This document shows, piece by piece, positions 1 to 14,700 of a stretch of DNA of 64,000 bases. The stretch covers positions 36,520,001 through 36,584,000 of the forward strand of contig NC_087436.1 of assembly GCF_036321535.1 (NCBI RefSeq), in the 5' to 3' direction. The translations under genes were made by a program, and so were the position numbers. Source of the DNA: Camelus dromedarius (Eukaryota). The notes under the pieces are model-generated. The model was not told where the DNA came from. It worked only from the letters and a program-made list of their open reading frames with translations, and did no database searches. Position 1 is the first letter of the stretch. Every line of letters starts with the position of its first letter.

Positions 1-1479
1 GATAAGGTGCAGATGTAGAGCAAAATGTTATGAAATGACTGTGACATTTAATTGCTTCAGCAATAGTAGTTATAAAAATTGTGATTATCATCTGTATTCT
101 TTTGATGGCCTAAGATAGAGAACAAAGGGAAAGAATTAAAGTTACAAATATACAATTAAAAACATGCATGGGCAACCAGAAGTCTTCATTGGTAGTTCTG
201 AAGCAGTTCCTTATCTCTTGTAGTCATAGAACATATATGGCAAAGGAAAAATCCAAGAGTCTGATGTAAGTCTGCAAAGATGTAGTACCAATTAAAAGCT
301 TTAGCTTTCCAGGTCTCTCATACTAAGGGTGGGGAAGGAGTGGGGCTCTGCGATATGGGATGTGGATATTCTGCCAGACATGGAGGCTGAGAACCTTGAA
401 CATTTGTCTTTCCTGTTGACAGACAACTTCTTTTCTTTAACAGTATCCCTTCTGAGGAAAAATCACACCTTTACTCAAAAACCTTCCAATGGCTCACAAA
501 CTGAGGATATTTTTCCTCAGAATGCACCTCTATTATCTTTCACAGCCTCCATGCCTAACATGGGAGTTAAGATCTCAACATCGCTGTGCTAAACCAGCAG
601 CCAATATATGGTACAGTCTTCCCCATAGCCCATCAAGAAGTATAAACAAAAGCATTCCATCTTATTATTATTATACTAAATGACTTACTTGAAAAAAAAT
701 TTTAACCTCCCACCAATGAAACATTAGCTTGGTCAATTTTAAGGTCCTAGTGCCCAATGAGGCATGTTCCTACCAGGAACATTGACTTCTACCAGAAAAC
801 TGATTAAATGGAAGCTGAGACACCTTTTGGGCATGTGGGGGCTTTTCATGCAGCTGAACCAACAGGTATATAAAAGACTATTGTAGTGGCAGAGTTAACT
901 GATTTTGATGACAAAGGGAAACTGAGATCCTGCTATAGAACAGAGGCAACTGCTACACAATTGGTAACACCATACTTGGAACCTGGGAAATTCAGCAGGA
1001 CATCTCTTAGCTCTCTCCACTTGTATTGATCAATGGAAAACTGCATCAATTCTCAAAGTGTTAAGAATCCCAAAAACTCAGATACCACAAAATTGAGATC
1101 AGGAGTCTGCCACCAGGCAAAGAATTCCACCCAGCCAAAGTAATGGCAAATGATAAAGGGGAATGTGCAAAGAATACTGAAATAAGGCAGTTATGAGCAC
1201 CAACTTTCATGACTATGAACTTTCATGACTACCAACTTTCTTGGCAATTGAACAGACCCAAGTAGTTATATATATTCTTGTTCCCACTATGTCAAATGGG
1301 ACTTCACACAGTCTTACTTTATGTGAAAAATACTGGTGGTGTGCCTAACGTTTTAAGTTTCAGGAAACTATTGCTCAACTGACATTACCTCACAATGATA
1401 CCAAAATTCCTTGCTTGGGATACAAACTTTTCTCCCAAATGAAGAAAGAGAGGACATGTTAAGGAACAAAGAGGTGAAC
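1..1479 (+). mobile_element. Ancient ERVL/MaLR internal sequence (degenerate gag- and dUTPase-like remnants)
   Basis: ORF at 329 GKEWGSAIWDVD resembles ERVL gag GKEWDPxxWxGDVW. Frame-shifted fragments at 740-940 (KVLVP..., LKWKLR..., QLNQQ..., DFDDKGK) resemble the ERVL dUTPase region. A purine tract aaggaacaaagaggtgaac precedes TGTG at 1480. Confidence 0.65.
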
Positions 1480-1750
1480 TGTGCTAGATATCTTTTATTT
1501 TCCCCTTGACAACCTGACATCCTTTTCCACCCTGTTAAGCTGATTTATATGAATGAACAACATTAATGTGCTTCCTGCCTTCCAGTTTGGTCAAATCCCT
1601 GGTAAGAGCTGGATGAAGTATCCGGCCACAGAATGGCTGCATCACTTGACCAAAGGTCATACTCCTCTCAAAGTAGCCCCTTTCTTTATGATCCTGACCT
1701 TCAAGTTTCTAGTAATCTCCTTCCTTCAACCCTATGAGTGGTAACAGTTC
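1480..1750 (+). mobile_element. Probable 3' LTR of the ERVL/MaLR element (end uncertain)
   Basis: Starts TGTG directly after the purine tract. Confidence 0.4.
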
Positions 1751-2399
1751 CTCTGTGTGAGGAGAGGGACCAATGCAGACAGGTCTCACAGGTTACATTC
1801 CTCAAGGGAAAAAATGGGCACAACTGACATCCTGGCTTTTTTACTGAGGGCATTTTCCAAATTATAGCACAGGAAAATGGAACTCAAGTGGCAGACCTAT
1901 GAGGAAATAAAGGTAGGAGTTCAGGGTTGTCAAAGTGGATGGGATTTGAGAAGCAAAACAGAGGGAATTGTGGAGAAGGATCCCATCCATTTATCTATAT
2001 GCAAACTCCCCTCAAAGGCTGATCCATCACCTGCACATGCGTAAGTTAAGATGCCTTCCAATCACCAAAAGAAATGGCAGAAAAAAGCAGAAATGAGGCA
2101 AATGAGCTGTGTGGTGCTGAGGAGACACATATTGGAGTATAAGCTCTGCCATTGGGGAAGGGTCTAGTAAATACATCAGGATTTAAGATGAGAAAGAAGA
2201 AAGGCCAAGACTCTAAGTAAATTGGCCTTAAAATAAGGACAAATCTGAAATACAACAGTTCTAACAAAGCCTAAAACCAAGATTCAACAGGATGAAAGGT
2301 ATCTGCCAGATCCTACTTGCCTCCTCAGGAAAACACAATCTAGTTTAAAGATAACATCATCAAATCCAAATCTAGAGCCTCTATAATATTTTATTCACA

Positions 2400-5300
2400 T
2401 ATGGCATAAGTCAAAAAATTATGACTAACACACACACATTCAAAATTACAAGGCAAAAGCCAATAAAAATCTTCAGTAAAGAATTCAGATATAATTATAA
2501 GTCACAGATATTAAAATAACTGATTAATATGTTCATGAAAATATGGCATTAGTTCTAAAATATGGACAAATACATGTATTTTTGCAGAAAGTTGGAATCT
2601 ACTGAACATTCTAGAACTGAGAAATACAGTATCTGAAATTAATAAATCACTAGATGTGTTTAATAGCATAATGGAAATAGCAGAAGACTGGAATACTGAC
2701 TCAAAGACAGACCAATAAAAATTAACAAAACTAAAGACCAGGGGGGTGGGGGGGGGAGATACAAAAGATTTTAAGAAACAAGTAGAATACAATAAAAAGA
2801 TCTAATATACGGGTAATTAGAATCATAAAAGACGAGGAAAAAAAGAGGAAGAAGCTATATCTGAAGATATAATGGCTAATAATTTCATAAACAATTAAAA
2901 GACATTTACCTACAGATTAAAGATGCTCAGGATAAATACAAAACAACAACAGTAACAAATACCCACACAAACCCCTCAAATCCACACCTAGGGAAATCAC
3001 AGTCAAAACTGCTGAAAAGCAAAGATAAAAAGCAGCCAGTGGGGCAGGGCAGGGGTAGGAGGGGGAAGGCAATGCCTTCAGCAAAGCAATAATAAAACTG
3101 TTTGCTAATTTTTCACCAACACTTATGGAAGCTGAAAAACAATGGAATGGCATATAGGAGATAAAACAAACAAAATACATAATAATGTAGAATTCTGTAT
3201 CCAGAATTCCTTAGAAATTTAGATGAAACAGACATTTCAGACAAAATGCTGAGAAAACTAGTTAAAAAAAGACCTGAACTACAAGTACTGCTAAATGAAT
3301 AAGTTTAGGTTCAAAAGGAAAATCCCAGATGAAAGCACAGAACTGCAAAAAAGAAGTAGTACACACTGGGGAAATAGTGGGTAATTAGGATGACTGTGTC
3401 TTGTGGCATTTTAACATATGCATAAGTAAAATATTTGACAACTAAAGAACTAAGGGCAAAAGATAATAAATAGCATTAAAATGTTACATTAAAACTTGTA
3501 TTGTTTGAGAAGAGCTCAAAGAATAAAGTTTAAATAGACTGTAGTAAATCAAATTTAATATTATAATATAGGGTAATCTCTTAAAAAACAGTACAACTAG
3601 AAATAATAAAGGAGAAAACATAATATTAAAAATAAACCTAAAAAAGGAATAAAGTGAATCTATAGGAACAAAGGAAACCTTGTTGAACAACTCGGGAATT
3701 TGGTAGAAGCCATAGAAAGTGTCTTAGAAGTTGGACTAATCTAGCCTTAATGTAAAGGCTACTCTAACCTTGCCTTAATAAAGCTTAAAAGCAAGTCTTG
3801 AAAGACTCAAGATGATCCACAAGTAAATTAATTCTATTTCAGAACAAAATTCAACATTGTTTAAAATAAGCCAACGATACCTAGAAATGCAACAAAGCAT
3901 TAATAATGTCCAGCATAAACCAAGATTGACCAAGCATGTGAAAAAGGAGTAAAATGTGACCTATAACCACTAGAAAAACAGCTCAGTAGAAACAGAAAAA
4001 AGAATGACAGGAGTGTTGGAATTCACTATTATAAATATGTTCAAGATTTAAAAGACAAACTGAACACAAGGGACCAGTAGAGAATCTAACTGAGAAATGG
4101 AAACTATAAAAATGGAAACTATTAAAACTATAAAAATGAACCAAAGTCCTAGAACAGAAAAATATATGAAATTTAAGAATCATACGATAGGCTTAACAAG
4201 AGATTAGACACAGAAGAAGAAAAGATCAGTTAACTTAAACATACTATCTTAGAGAAACTATGAAACTAAAGAACAAAGAGAAAAAAGTAAACTCAATGGA
4301 TACTATCAAGTGGTTTAACATATAGGTAAATAGAAATACCAGAAAAAGGAGAGAAAAATTTTTTGAAGAAATAATGGTCAAAAATAATAGAAATTGAATT
4401 GGTAATTTAAAACATTCTCATAAAGGAAATTCCAGGCCTAAACGTCCTTTCTGTTATATTCTTCTAAATATTAAAAAAATAAATACTAGCCATCTTAACA
4501 CAAACAATCCAAAAGAATAGAAAAAGAAAGAACACTTAAAAAAATCACTCTATTAGACCAGCCTAACCTTGATACCAAACTAACATTATAAGAAAGATTA
4601 AATATAGGCCAGGAATTCTGATAAACACAAAAATGCAAAACCTTTAACAAAACATTAGCAAATAAAAATAGTGTTATATATAAAAGGTAATATATGTAAC
4701 CAAATTGGATTTATTCCAAGAATATAAAATTGGTTTGATGATTTTTAAAAAATTTAATTCACCACAAAGAAAAAAAGAAATTTACATAGACTACATGAAT
4801 CAACTCAAGTGGTGTATAAAAATCAGTTGAGAAAATTAAAAAAAAGTAGTGCTCAGAAAACTAAGAAGAGAATTTCCTTAAACTGAGTATATCTGTCACA
4901 AAACCATAGCCAATATGTTAATTATGAAATATGGAACACTTTCCTGAGTTTAGGACCAAGACAAGGATGTCCACCACAATTTCTATTCAATCGTGCAGTA
5001 GAGATTCTAAAAATGTAACAAAGGAAAAGCAGTAAAAGATTAGAAAGGAATAATTAAAATTAACATTTTTCACAGATGTGACTGTACAAATAGAATGTCC
5101 AAAAGAATCTGCAATCATAAACTATTAGAATTAATGGATGACCATGGTAAGACTACTAGTAACGAGATTAATATACAAATATCTACCGTATTTTTATATG
5201 CCAGAATCAAAGAAAGAATATTTAAAACCAGTACCATTTGCAACAGCACCAAATAACATCAAATAACTGGGAATAGATGTCATGAAATATATACCTCTAT

Positions 5301-7030
5301 CTTGAAAGAAACATTACTAAGAGAAATTAAGACCTAGATAAAAGAAAGGATCTACCATGTTTGTGAATTGTAAGACTCAATATAAGATGTTGGTTCTACC
5401 TAAATTTATCTATAGAGTTAATGCAATTTAAAATTTCAATAGATTTTAAATGTGTGTTTGTGGTGGAGGGGCAGTATGAAACCTAAAGGTGAAGCTTAAA
5501 TTTATATGGAAATACAAAGAATCTAAAATGGCCAAGACATTCTTGAAGAAAAACAAAGCTGGAGGACACGTTACCAAATATCAATACTTATTAAAAAGCT
5601 ACATAATAACTAAGCATTGTATTGACATAGGACAGAGCAGTGGAAAAGAAAAAAAGACCAATATATATAAGGTTACATAAGAAATCCTTGAGCATTATGC
5701 CCAGAAAAATGGAAAATAACAAGTGTTGACAGAATATGGAGAAACTGATAACCTTTATTGTGCACTGCTTTCGGGAATGCAAAATGATGTAGCCACAGTG
5801 GAAAACAGTGGTAGTTCCTTGAAAAATTAAAGAATTACCATATGATCTAACAATTCCACTTCAAGGTATGTGTCCAAAAGAATTGAAAGCAGGACTCAAC
5901 ATACTTGCATACTCATATTCATAGCAACATGAATTACAATGGCCCAAAGGAAAAAAAAAACCAAGTGTCCATTAACAGATGAATGGATAAACAAAAAATG
6001 CAGCATACCCATACAAATGGAAACGTTATGCAGCCCAAAAAGGAAATTTCAATACATGCTACATCATGAACAAACTTTGAAAACACTATGCTAAGTGAAA
6101 TAAACCAGACACAATAGTACAAATATTTACGATTCCACTTACATGAGGTATCTAGAATAGGCAAATTCATAGACAGAAAATAGATTCATGCTTACCTAGG
6201 GGCTAGGGGAAAGAGGGAGTGGGGAGTTATTGTTTAATGGTACACAGTTTCCGTTTGGAATGATACAAAGTTCTGGAAATGGATAGTGGTGATGGTTGCA
6301 AAACATTGTGAATGTACTTACTACCACTGAATTGTACACCTAAAACTGGTTAAAAGTAAATTTTGTAATGTATATCTTACCACAGTAAAAACAATGCATA
6401 GACATTCACTGCTGCTTTATTTGTAATAGTCAAAACTGGAAAAACCCCAAATGGGTTCGCCTTCATGGGTGAAGGGATACATTGTGGTAATATATAAAAT
6501 GAAATATTATTCAGCAATAAAAAATAACAAACTATTGATACCTGCAACAACTTGGATTTATCTCAAGGTCATTGTAATGAGTGAAAAAAGCCTATTTCCA
6601 AATACTATACTATACAATTGCATCAATATAACATTCTCAAAACGATACAATCATATATAGAGAGAACAAACTGCCAGATATTGGAGAAGGTTTGACTATA
6701 AAGACTAAGATGGAGGAACTGATAACCTTTGTTGTACACTGCTTTTGGGAATGCAAAATGATGCAGGTGATAGTTTTATTAATGTATACATATGAAAATA
6801 TTCCATAAACTGTACACATAAAAAAGGAGTACATATGAGAATTGGTAAAATCTGAGTATGTTCTTTGGTCTGGTTAATTGTATTGTGCCTATGTCAATTT
6901 CCTGGTTTTGATTATGTTTTATAATTATGTACCATTGAAGGAAGGTGGGTGATGGGTACAAAGGACTTCTCTGTACTATTTCTGCAACTTCTTATGAGCC
7001 TATATTATTTCAAAATAAAAGGTTTTTAAA
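2400..7030 (+). mobile_element. Cluster of old L1M fragments (ORF1/ORF2 remnants; nested 3' ends at about 5700-6390 and 6400-7030)
   Basis: ORF 5489 LKFIWKYKESKMAKTFLKKNKAGG is L1 ORF2-like. Typical L1M 3'UTR phrases: tatgctaagtgaaataaaccagacacaa; ggtgatggttgca...gtgaatgtact; gtactatttctgcaacttctt. Confidence 0.85.
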
Positions 7031-7596
7031 ATTCTGAGAGAAAACAATTGTTTTTAGGTTCTTTTTTTTCAGTAAAAAAAACCACACATTCAACTTGGTG
7101 TCATATACCTTCTTAATTCAGAAAGTTCTTAGCTTTTAAAAGTACAAGTCACCTTAGTAAGTGCAGTAAACAGGAGGTGTAGTCATTAAAATTCTAGCAG
7201 TAAGTGATCAGATAGTTCATCTGTAACATCTATATCTAAGGGGCCCAGAGACATTCCAAATTTCTATAGTAGTAAATTTAGCTGTTTCTAGATATGCCTA
7301 CACACATCTCTATCTTTCTTGGGGAAAAATGTAAAAACTTGGTAACTTTTCAATAAGTAAATATTAACTAATTACTATAGGAAAGTCACTGCTCAGGAGG
7401 CAGTAAGTAAAAAATGAATATATTTACAATTTAGTGACAGTGATAAAAAGTAAAAATGTGTCAATGGAGGAATGGGATATGTGAGAGTTCAGAGATATGA
7501 ACGATATTTAAAACTAGGTTTCAGAGAAAATTTCATGGAAAATTTATTTTGAAACTGTCCTTAAAGTAGGAAGAATTTGGATAAAGATTGAGTGGA

Positions 7597-9261
7597 GAGG
7601 CTCCAATTTAAGATGGTGAAGTAAAAATTCCTGAACTCACCTCCTCCCAGGGACACACCTAATCTACAGCTATATACAGAGTAATGTCCTCTGAAAACAA
7701 AACTAAAAACCAGCAAAAACAAGTTTGTCCCCTCACATTGGGCAAATGAGAGGGATATCACATCAAAGAGGATAGGAAAGGCTAAAACACAATCTCACCA
7801 TAAACCCCACCCACTGTGAGGTGATCCAAACAAGGAGGAACTCAAAACCTGGACTTTCTCACTGAGCAGCAGAGGGCTTATACCACACATTGGACATTTC
7901 AGCTTTTAAGATCAGCACCTGAGAAATAAGCCCTCCAAATATTTGGCTTTGAGGACCAATGGGGAACAGCTCTTAAAGGGATTGTGCACAGGCTGACCTG
8001 CTCCACAGCCAGTGTAGAAGCAGTCATTTGAAAAGAACCTAGACTTTATATAAAAGAGATTCATTTCCTAATTTTAAAGCACTGGGCTGAGGAGCAGGGG
8101 CTTGATGGGATACTCTTTAGAAACTGATGCTGGTGGGTGCCATCTTTCTGCTTTTGTTCCGCTTTGCTAAAGCCAGAGGACACCATCTTTGTACTCACAC
8201 TCCCTCTGCTGTGCTTCAGAATGCTGGTATCTCCTGGAGGGGAGCTTCTACACACATCTGGTGTTCTGGTTTTTTATACTTGGTGACTTAGTTTTTGTGG
8301 CAGTCACCCAGGGGATGCCCCTTGATAACCTGGCTCCAGAGACCAAGGGCTTGCATTCCTGGGTCTGATGGGGCTATAACAAGCAGAGAGACAGTTCTTG
8401 GAAGTCTGTCATTCCCAGGGCACTGCACAGGTTGCATAATGAAACACACCACCAGTCTTTTTGTTAAAGAGGTCTATTTTCTTGTCCAGATGTGGTCTGA
8501 GGGGCAGGTTTCTAGTCTGACACACATATAGGGACCTAAGAGACTCTGTAGGACCTACAGAGGTGCATTCAGGGAACATCAACAGGTGGATGCAATCTTT
8601 GTGCTCTCTGTGTCTCACTTCAGCTCACTGGTATCTTATAGAAAGAACTCATAACCTTCTCTGATTCTCTGGCTTTTGTAGCTGCTGCCCATGGGATATC
8701 CCTTGATTGCCTAGCTCTAGAGGCCAGGGGGACTTGCATTCTTGGATATCATGGGACTAACATAGAAGCTATCACCCTCCAGGGCACCACACAGCTGACT
8801 TACATATAACCCCAGGTTTTCTGTGAAAGAGGCCTAAGTGCTAGTCCTGGAGCTTTGGCTTTAAGGGCAGGCTTCAGGTTTGGCACACATCTAGAGGGTA
8901 TGAATGTGCTCTCAGGGAACACAGGCCAGGGGACACCATTTTTGCACTTTCCCTCTGCCTTGTTACAGCTCAACAGTATCTCCCAAAAAGGAGCTCATAC
9001 ACACATCTGGAGTCTTGATTTTTGTGAATGCTGCTCTGGGGATACCTCCAGATTATCTGGCTCTTGAAGGCTAGTGGGGCTTAGGCTTGTAGGCTTGTGG
9101 TCCTAAGCCCCACTAGGACTACATATATTTGCATACTTTAAAAGCTACTGCTTGAGGGTCTGGCTTCCAATCAGCCTAGATTCTAGGTGCTGAAAGCTTC
9201 CCCTTTGGGATACTAACTGGTCTCAGGCACTGTCAACTACTGGCAGCTATTAAAAAAAAAA
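7597..9261 (+). mobile_element. L1 5'UTR-only element with about 3 internal repeat units, ending in A10
   Basis: Start aagatggtgaagtaaaaattcctgaactcacctcctcc resembles the 5' end of the full-length L1 at 11731 (aagatggcagagcacaaagaccctgagctcacctctctcc); no ORF1 follows. Confidence 0.65.
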
Positions 9262-11730
9262 AGGTTGCCTGGACGATCAAGATCAAAACTCTAACAGACA
9301 AACATAACATTAAAACACGTAGAACAATTGAAACAACTCTCAATAAATAATTAATTTAAAAGTTTTAAATGGTAATACCAACTTTCCAGGAGTAGTAGAC
9401 CTTTTTAACCTCTATCATCATGTAACCAATAAAAATTATAGTTTCTAACAAAATAATCCAGATTTAAAGTACCATAAAGAAAGGGAATTCAGGCTCAGCA
9501 GAATTTTTAACAACAGAAACATGTATGTTATTTCCAGGAACAAATACTGTTTTGGTAGTCAAGATGTTCCTTTGGTACTACTGAGACTATTAAACAAAAT
9601 CAATTATTTTTGACATCTATTATAACACAAGAAGTGACAGAGTAGTAACTTGTAGTTTAAGTCAACTTAATTTATAGGATGGTTTCAGGATCAAAAGATT
9701 TCTAAAGAGGAAATTCTCATGCTTCCTGTTTACTTAACAATATTCTTTCTCCCTTCTCACATCAAAGAACAGTTACCTTTATCTAGGAACCATCAATTTC
9801 AGCTCATTCTCAAAGACAATAAACTTGCATTTGAAAGTAACCATGATCCTTCATTAACTGTTATTATGAAGCCTAACAACATTCATATCCAGCCCCAGTC
9901 AATATTTTAAAGTTATTTGTACACATTTCATATACAGATTTTCCTTAAATTATTTTTCATAAGTTAGATCATCTAAAGCTTCCATAAAATAATGCTGTCA
10001 TGTCACTTCACCTTATGTGGAAAATGAAATGTAATTATCTAAATACCTCCCAACTAAAAATTTTTAAGTTCCTATAACAGATACAATTTAATGTCTGCTC
10101 TACCTCTACAGGCAATGCCTTAATGCATGACCAAAACATTTTTTATTCAACAGTTTAGAACACTGCTTTCTTAACTTTTCATACCATGACAAAGATATAA
10201 AACTAGCATTACTGAACACGGGGGTAAATAACAGGCTGCCTAAGGACAGAGCTGACTGTCCAGGCCTCTAGCTGTCTCTGGGCCCACACAGACCCCTCAA
10301 AAGCTGAATAGACTGAACCCTAAATCTCCCTGTATAAGCCATCACTTATGCCAATATTTTACCTACTGTACTATTTCTCCTAATAACTGAGTTAGACTGA
10401 GGGTGAGGAGACCATGACAAAATAAAGGCCAGAGTTAAATTTCTAAGAATTCAACCTTTGAAAATATCGACACAAACTCCTGTTCTCTCATAATCTGCCC
10501 CTTCAATGAAATTTCTTTACATCTACTCAATTTCCCTCTTTTCTTTTCCTTTATTTTGGCTTGAGCCATTTCAGTAATGCATTCACACTACCCAAGATTC
10601 CTTAAGCAGATCTGACCCAACCACAGCTGTGCCAATTCTTTAACCTCGTATCTACCATCCCCTCAAACAAGCCGTAAACATTACATTAGGAGGCTCCTCT
10701 AGAAGTTCATGAACATTGATGAAATATCCCCAATCTTATAAACAAATAAACAAAAAACCCCACCTACCTAAAGCCATATTATTCTCATAATCCAGCTGTT
10801 TAAAGAACAGAATTTCTTCCCAAATCCTCACCTCCCATTAATTCCCTGACTCTGGCCAACTTTACCTCTAATATCACCAACTTTTCATTCTGTAGGATAG
10901 TGTTTTTCAAAGTGTAATAATTTGTTAAAATGTAGATTTGGGGCCTGTTCTCAATTTTGCTGAATCAAGATAACCTGGAGTGGTGTCTCTACTAAGTAAC
11001 CAGGTTTGGGAATAGCTGTTTTAAGTTACTGGTGGACTTCTGGTTGCCAAATCCAGTCATCATTCTCATTGACCCTTTGTAGCACTTGAAAATGCTTATT
11101 CTATCCTTGAAATTCCTCTTTCTGATATCCTCACTCTTTATCTACCTGTCAAATAACTCCATGTTTTCTCTTATTTTTCCAAATTCAAAATATGTGTCCC
11201 TTCAGATTCTATCCCTAATGTTCTTCCTTTTATACTCCCTAAGAAGAAGCAAACATCTTCTCTCACAACTTGATTACCTCTTTGCAAGTAATTCCTAATT
11301 TTTTACCTGTACTCCAAAATATTTTCAAGGTGTTTGTCACTGTATTTCCAACTGCTGAATATCTCCACTTGATAATCTTACTAACACCATAAAAATGTAT
11401 GTTAAAATTTCAAATCTTTTCAGACAAATCAGACTCTATTCTTGACTTCTCTATGTCTATTTAAATTACCTACATACAAATATATTGTATTTATGTATGT
11501 GTGTGTCTGTGTGTGTAAAAACAGAGTGCACATGCACACACACATTGTCAGGAAGAAGTTATTTTAAGTTACTTTAAAACACATTAATCTGTACATATCT
11601 GGTAGGATATATTCTAAGGAAGAAAACAATTTTAAATTGAGTAAATCATAATATTGATGGTAGTGATGGTATTGTTGTTTTGAGACTATTGCCTGTGTGT
11701 AGTGGAAAAAAGTAAATAAAAGAAAGAACA

Positions 11731-14700
11731 AGATCTGTCAAGATGGCAGAGCACAAAGACCCTGAGCTCACCTCTCTCCTCTCACAAGCAAACAAACATC
11801 ACAACTATTTGCAGAACAACCATCAATGAAAAAGACTGGAACTTACCAGAAAAGATCTTCTAAAACTAAGATATAAAGAAGAAACCACAAAAAAGATCGG
11901 CAGAAGGGGCGGATTTGTGACAGAGTCAAGTCGCATTCCCCCAGTGGGCAACCCACAAGCTGAAGAATAATCACACTGCAGAAGTTTGCCCACAGGAATG
12001 AGAGGTCTGAGCCCCATGTCAAACACCCCAAACCCAGGAGTCCTGCAGAAGGAAGATAAGCCCCCAAAGCATGTGGCTTTGAAGGATAGTGGGACTTAAT
12101 TCTGGGAGTTCCAGAGGACCAAGAGAAATAGAGATTTCACTCTTAAAGGGCACACACAAAATCACACACTCCAGGACAAAAGGCAAAAGTATTAATTTGT
12201 TATTAGCTTGGGTCAGACCTACTTGCTGCTGTTGGAGTCTCTTGGAGAGTCAGGAGGCAACTGCATCTCAACTTGGGCACACAGACACTGGTGGCAGCCA
12301 TTCTTGGGAGCTCCTTCTAACACATGGACATTAGTACTGGTGGGCAACATTGTAGAGTCATCCAACTACATTAGCCCCCAGGAACCAGCCCTGCCCTGAT
12401 CCAAAAACCTATAGGCGCCAGTGGGATGCTTTAGGCCAAGCAGCTAACTGGGCAGGGACACAGCCCCACCCTTCAGCAGACAGGTTGCCTTAAGACCTCC
12501 TGAGATCACAGCTGCCTCTGGTCATAGCTCTGGCCACCAGAGGGCCCAGCTCCATCTACCAGTGGGAAGGCACCAGCACCAGAATCCCCTGGGTCTCAGC
12601 CGTGGTGCCAGGAAGACTGCTATAGCCTCTGGACCAGCCTCACCTACCAGGAGGCAGATATCAGACTTGAGAAAATTACAGTCCTGCAGGTTATGGACCC
12701 AGCCTGCCCATCAGCAGGTCAGACCCTACCCTGGGACCATCTGGGCAACAGCCCTGCCCACTAGCAGGCCAGCATAAGGTTTGGGACACTCTGGACACCA
12801 TACTGTGTCAGGAACTGGTCCCCACCACCAGCAATATGATAGCAGCACTGGGACCCTAGGCCCTGCAACCAGACTCCAGGACCTGACTCTGCCTGCCAGT
12901 AGTCCAGTGTTAACCCCAGGGCCTGGCTTCACCCACTGGTGGGAAGGCAACAGCCCTGGAGTCTCCTGGTCCCTAACTCTGCCAAACAGTGAGCCAGTGC
13001 TATCCTTGAGGCTATCTGCAGTTCTGCAGTCAGCTACCTGTGACCCAGCTCCACCAACCAGCAGCCGGCAGCCTGTCTACAAGGCAGGACTTGGCAAACA
13101 ACTGGACTGGGGACCAACCTAGCCTAAAGACTGCCCACATGGTCAGCCTGCCAAAACAGAAGGACCTATGCAGCCTTCACAAGGGGAACCCTAGAGCATA
13201 CAGTTCAAGTGATGGGAGGGGAGTGCACTGCTGGAACTCATACAAATACAGACTTCTCCAAGGTCAGGAAACATAACCTACAAGATATATAAAAATACAA
13301 ATAGCAACTTAGGCAAAATGAGGTGACAGAGGAACATGTTCCAGATGAAGGAACAAGATAAAAGCCCAGAAGAACTAAGTGAAGTGGGGTTAGGTAACCT
13401 ACTCAAGAAAGATTTCAGTGTAGTCATCATAAAGATGATCAAAGAACTTGAGAGAAGAATAGATATACAGAGTGAGAAGTTAGAAGTTTTTAACAGAGTT
13501 AGAAAATATAAAGAACCACCATAGATGAAAAACACAATAATTGAAACGAAAACTACATTACAAGGAACCAATAGTAGACTAAATGATACAGAAGAATGGA
13601 TCAGCAAAATAGAAGACAAAGTAGCAGAAACTACTGATGCTTAATAGAAAAAAGAATAAAAAAAAAATAAGGACAGTTTAAGAGACCTCTGGGACAACAT
13701 CAGGCACGCCAATATTTGCACTATAGGGGTCCCAAAAAGAGAAGAGAGAAAGATGCTAAGAACATATTTAAAGACTTAATAGCTGAAAACTTCCCTGCCT
13801 TAGGAAAGGAAACAGACATCCAAGTCCAGAAAGCACAGAGTCTGTTACAGTATTAACTCAGAGGAACACACCAAGACACACTGTAATTAAAATGGTAAAA
13901 TTAAAGATGAAGAGAAAATATGAAAAGGACCAAGGAAAAAGCAACAAATAATACATAAGGAAACTCCCACAAGGCTATGCTGACTTCAACAGAAACTCTG
14001 CCGGCCAGAAGGGAGGGGCATGATATATTTAAAGTGATGAAAGGAAAGAAACTATAAGGCTCTTAACCTGGCAAGGCTCTTATTCAGATTCGATAGATCA
14101 AAAGCGTTACAGAAAAGAAAAAGCTAAAAGAATTCATCACCATCAAACCAGCTTTACAAGAAATGTTAAAGGAACATCTGTATGTGAAAAAGAAACAGCC
14201 ACAACTAGAAACATGAAAATTAAGAAATGAAAAAGCTAATCAGTAAAGGCAAACATACAGTAAAAGTAGGAAATCACCCACACACAAAGCTAGTAAGCAA
14301 GTTAAAAGACAAAAGTAGTAAAATCATCTATATCCACAATAAGCAGTTAAGGGATATACAAAACAATTAGATATAAAAATATGATATAAAAATAATAATT
14401 GTGATGGGAAGAGAGTACAAATGCATGGTTATTAAAATGCACTTGAAATTAAGAGACAGCAACTTAAAATAATTACACACACACACACAGACTACTAGAA
14501 AAAGCCTCATGGTAACCACAAACCAAAAATCTATAATAGATACACATACACAAAAAGAAAAAGGAATCCAAAGATAACACTAGACATAAAATCATAAAAG
14601 AAGAAAACAAAAGAAAAAAGGAAAAAAAGATCCATAAAACAACTGCAAAACAATTAACAAAATGGCAATAAGAACACACATATCAGTAATTACTGTAAGT

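Noticed and set aside
1202..1240. 16-bp tandem repeat aactttcatgacta(tg/cc), plus similar small duplications at ~4095-4140 and ~29641-29678
   Set aside because: Ordinary slippage duplications inside decayed retroelements, with no sign of function.
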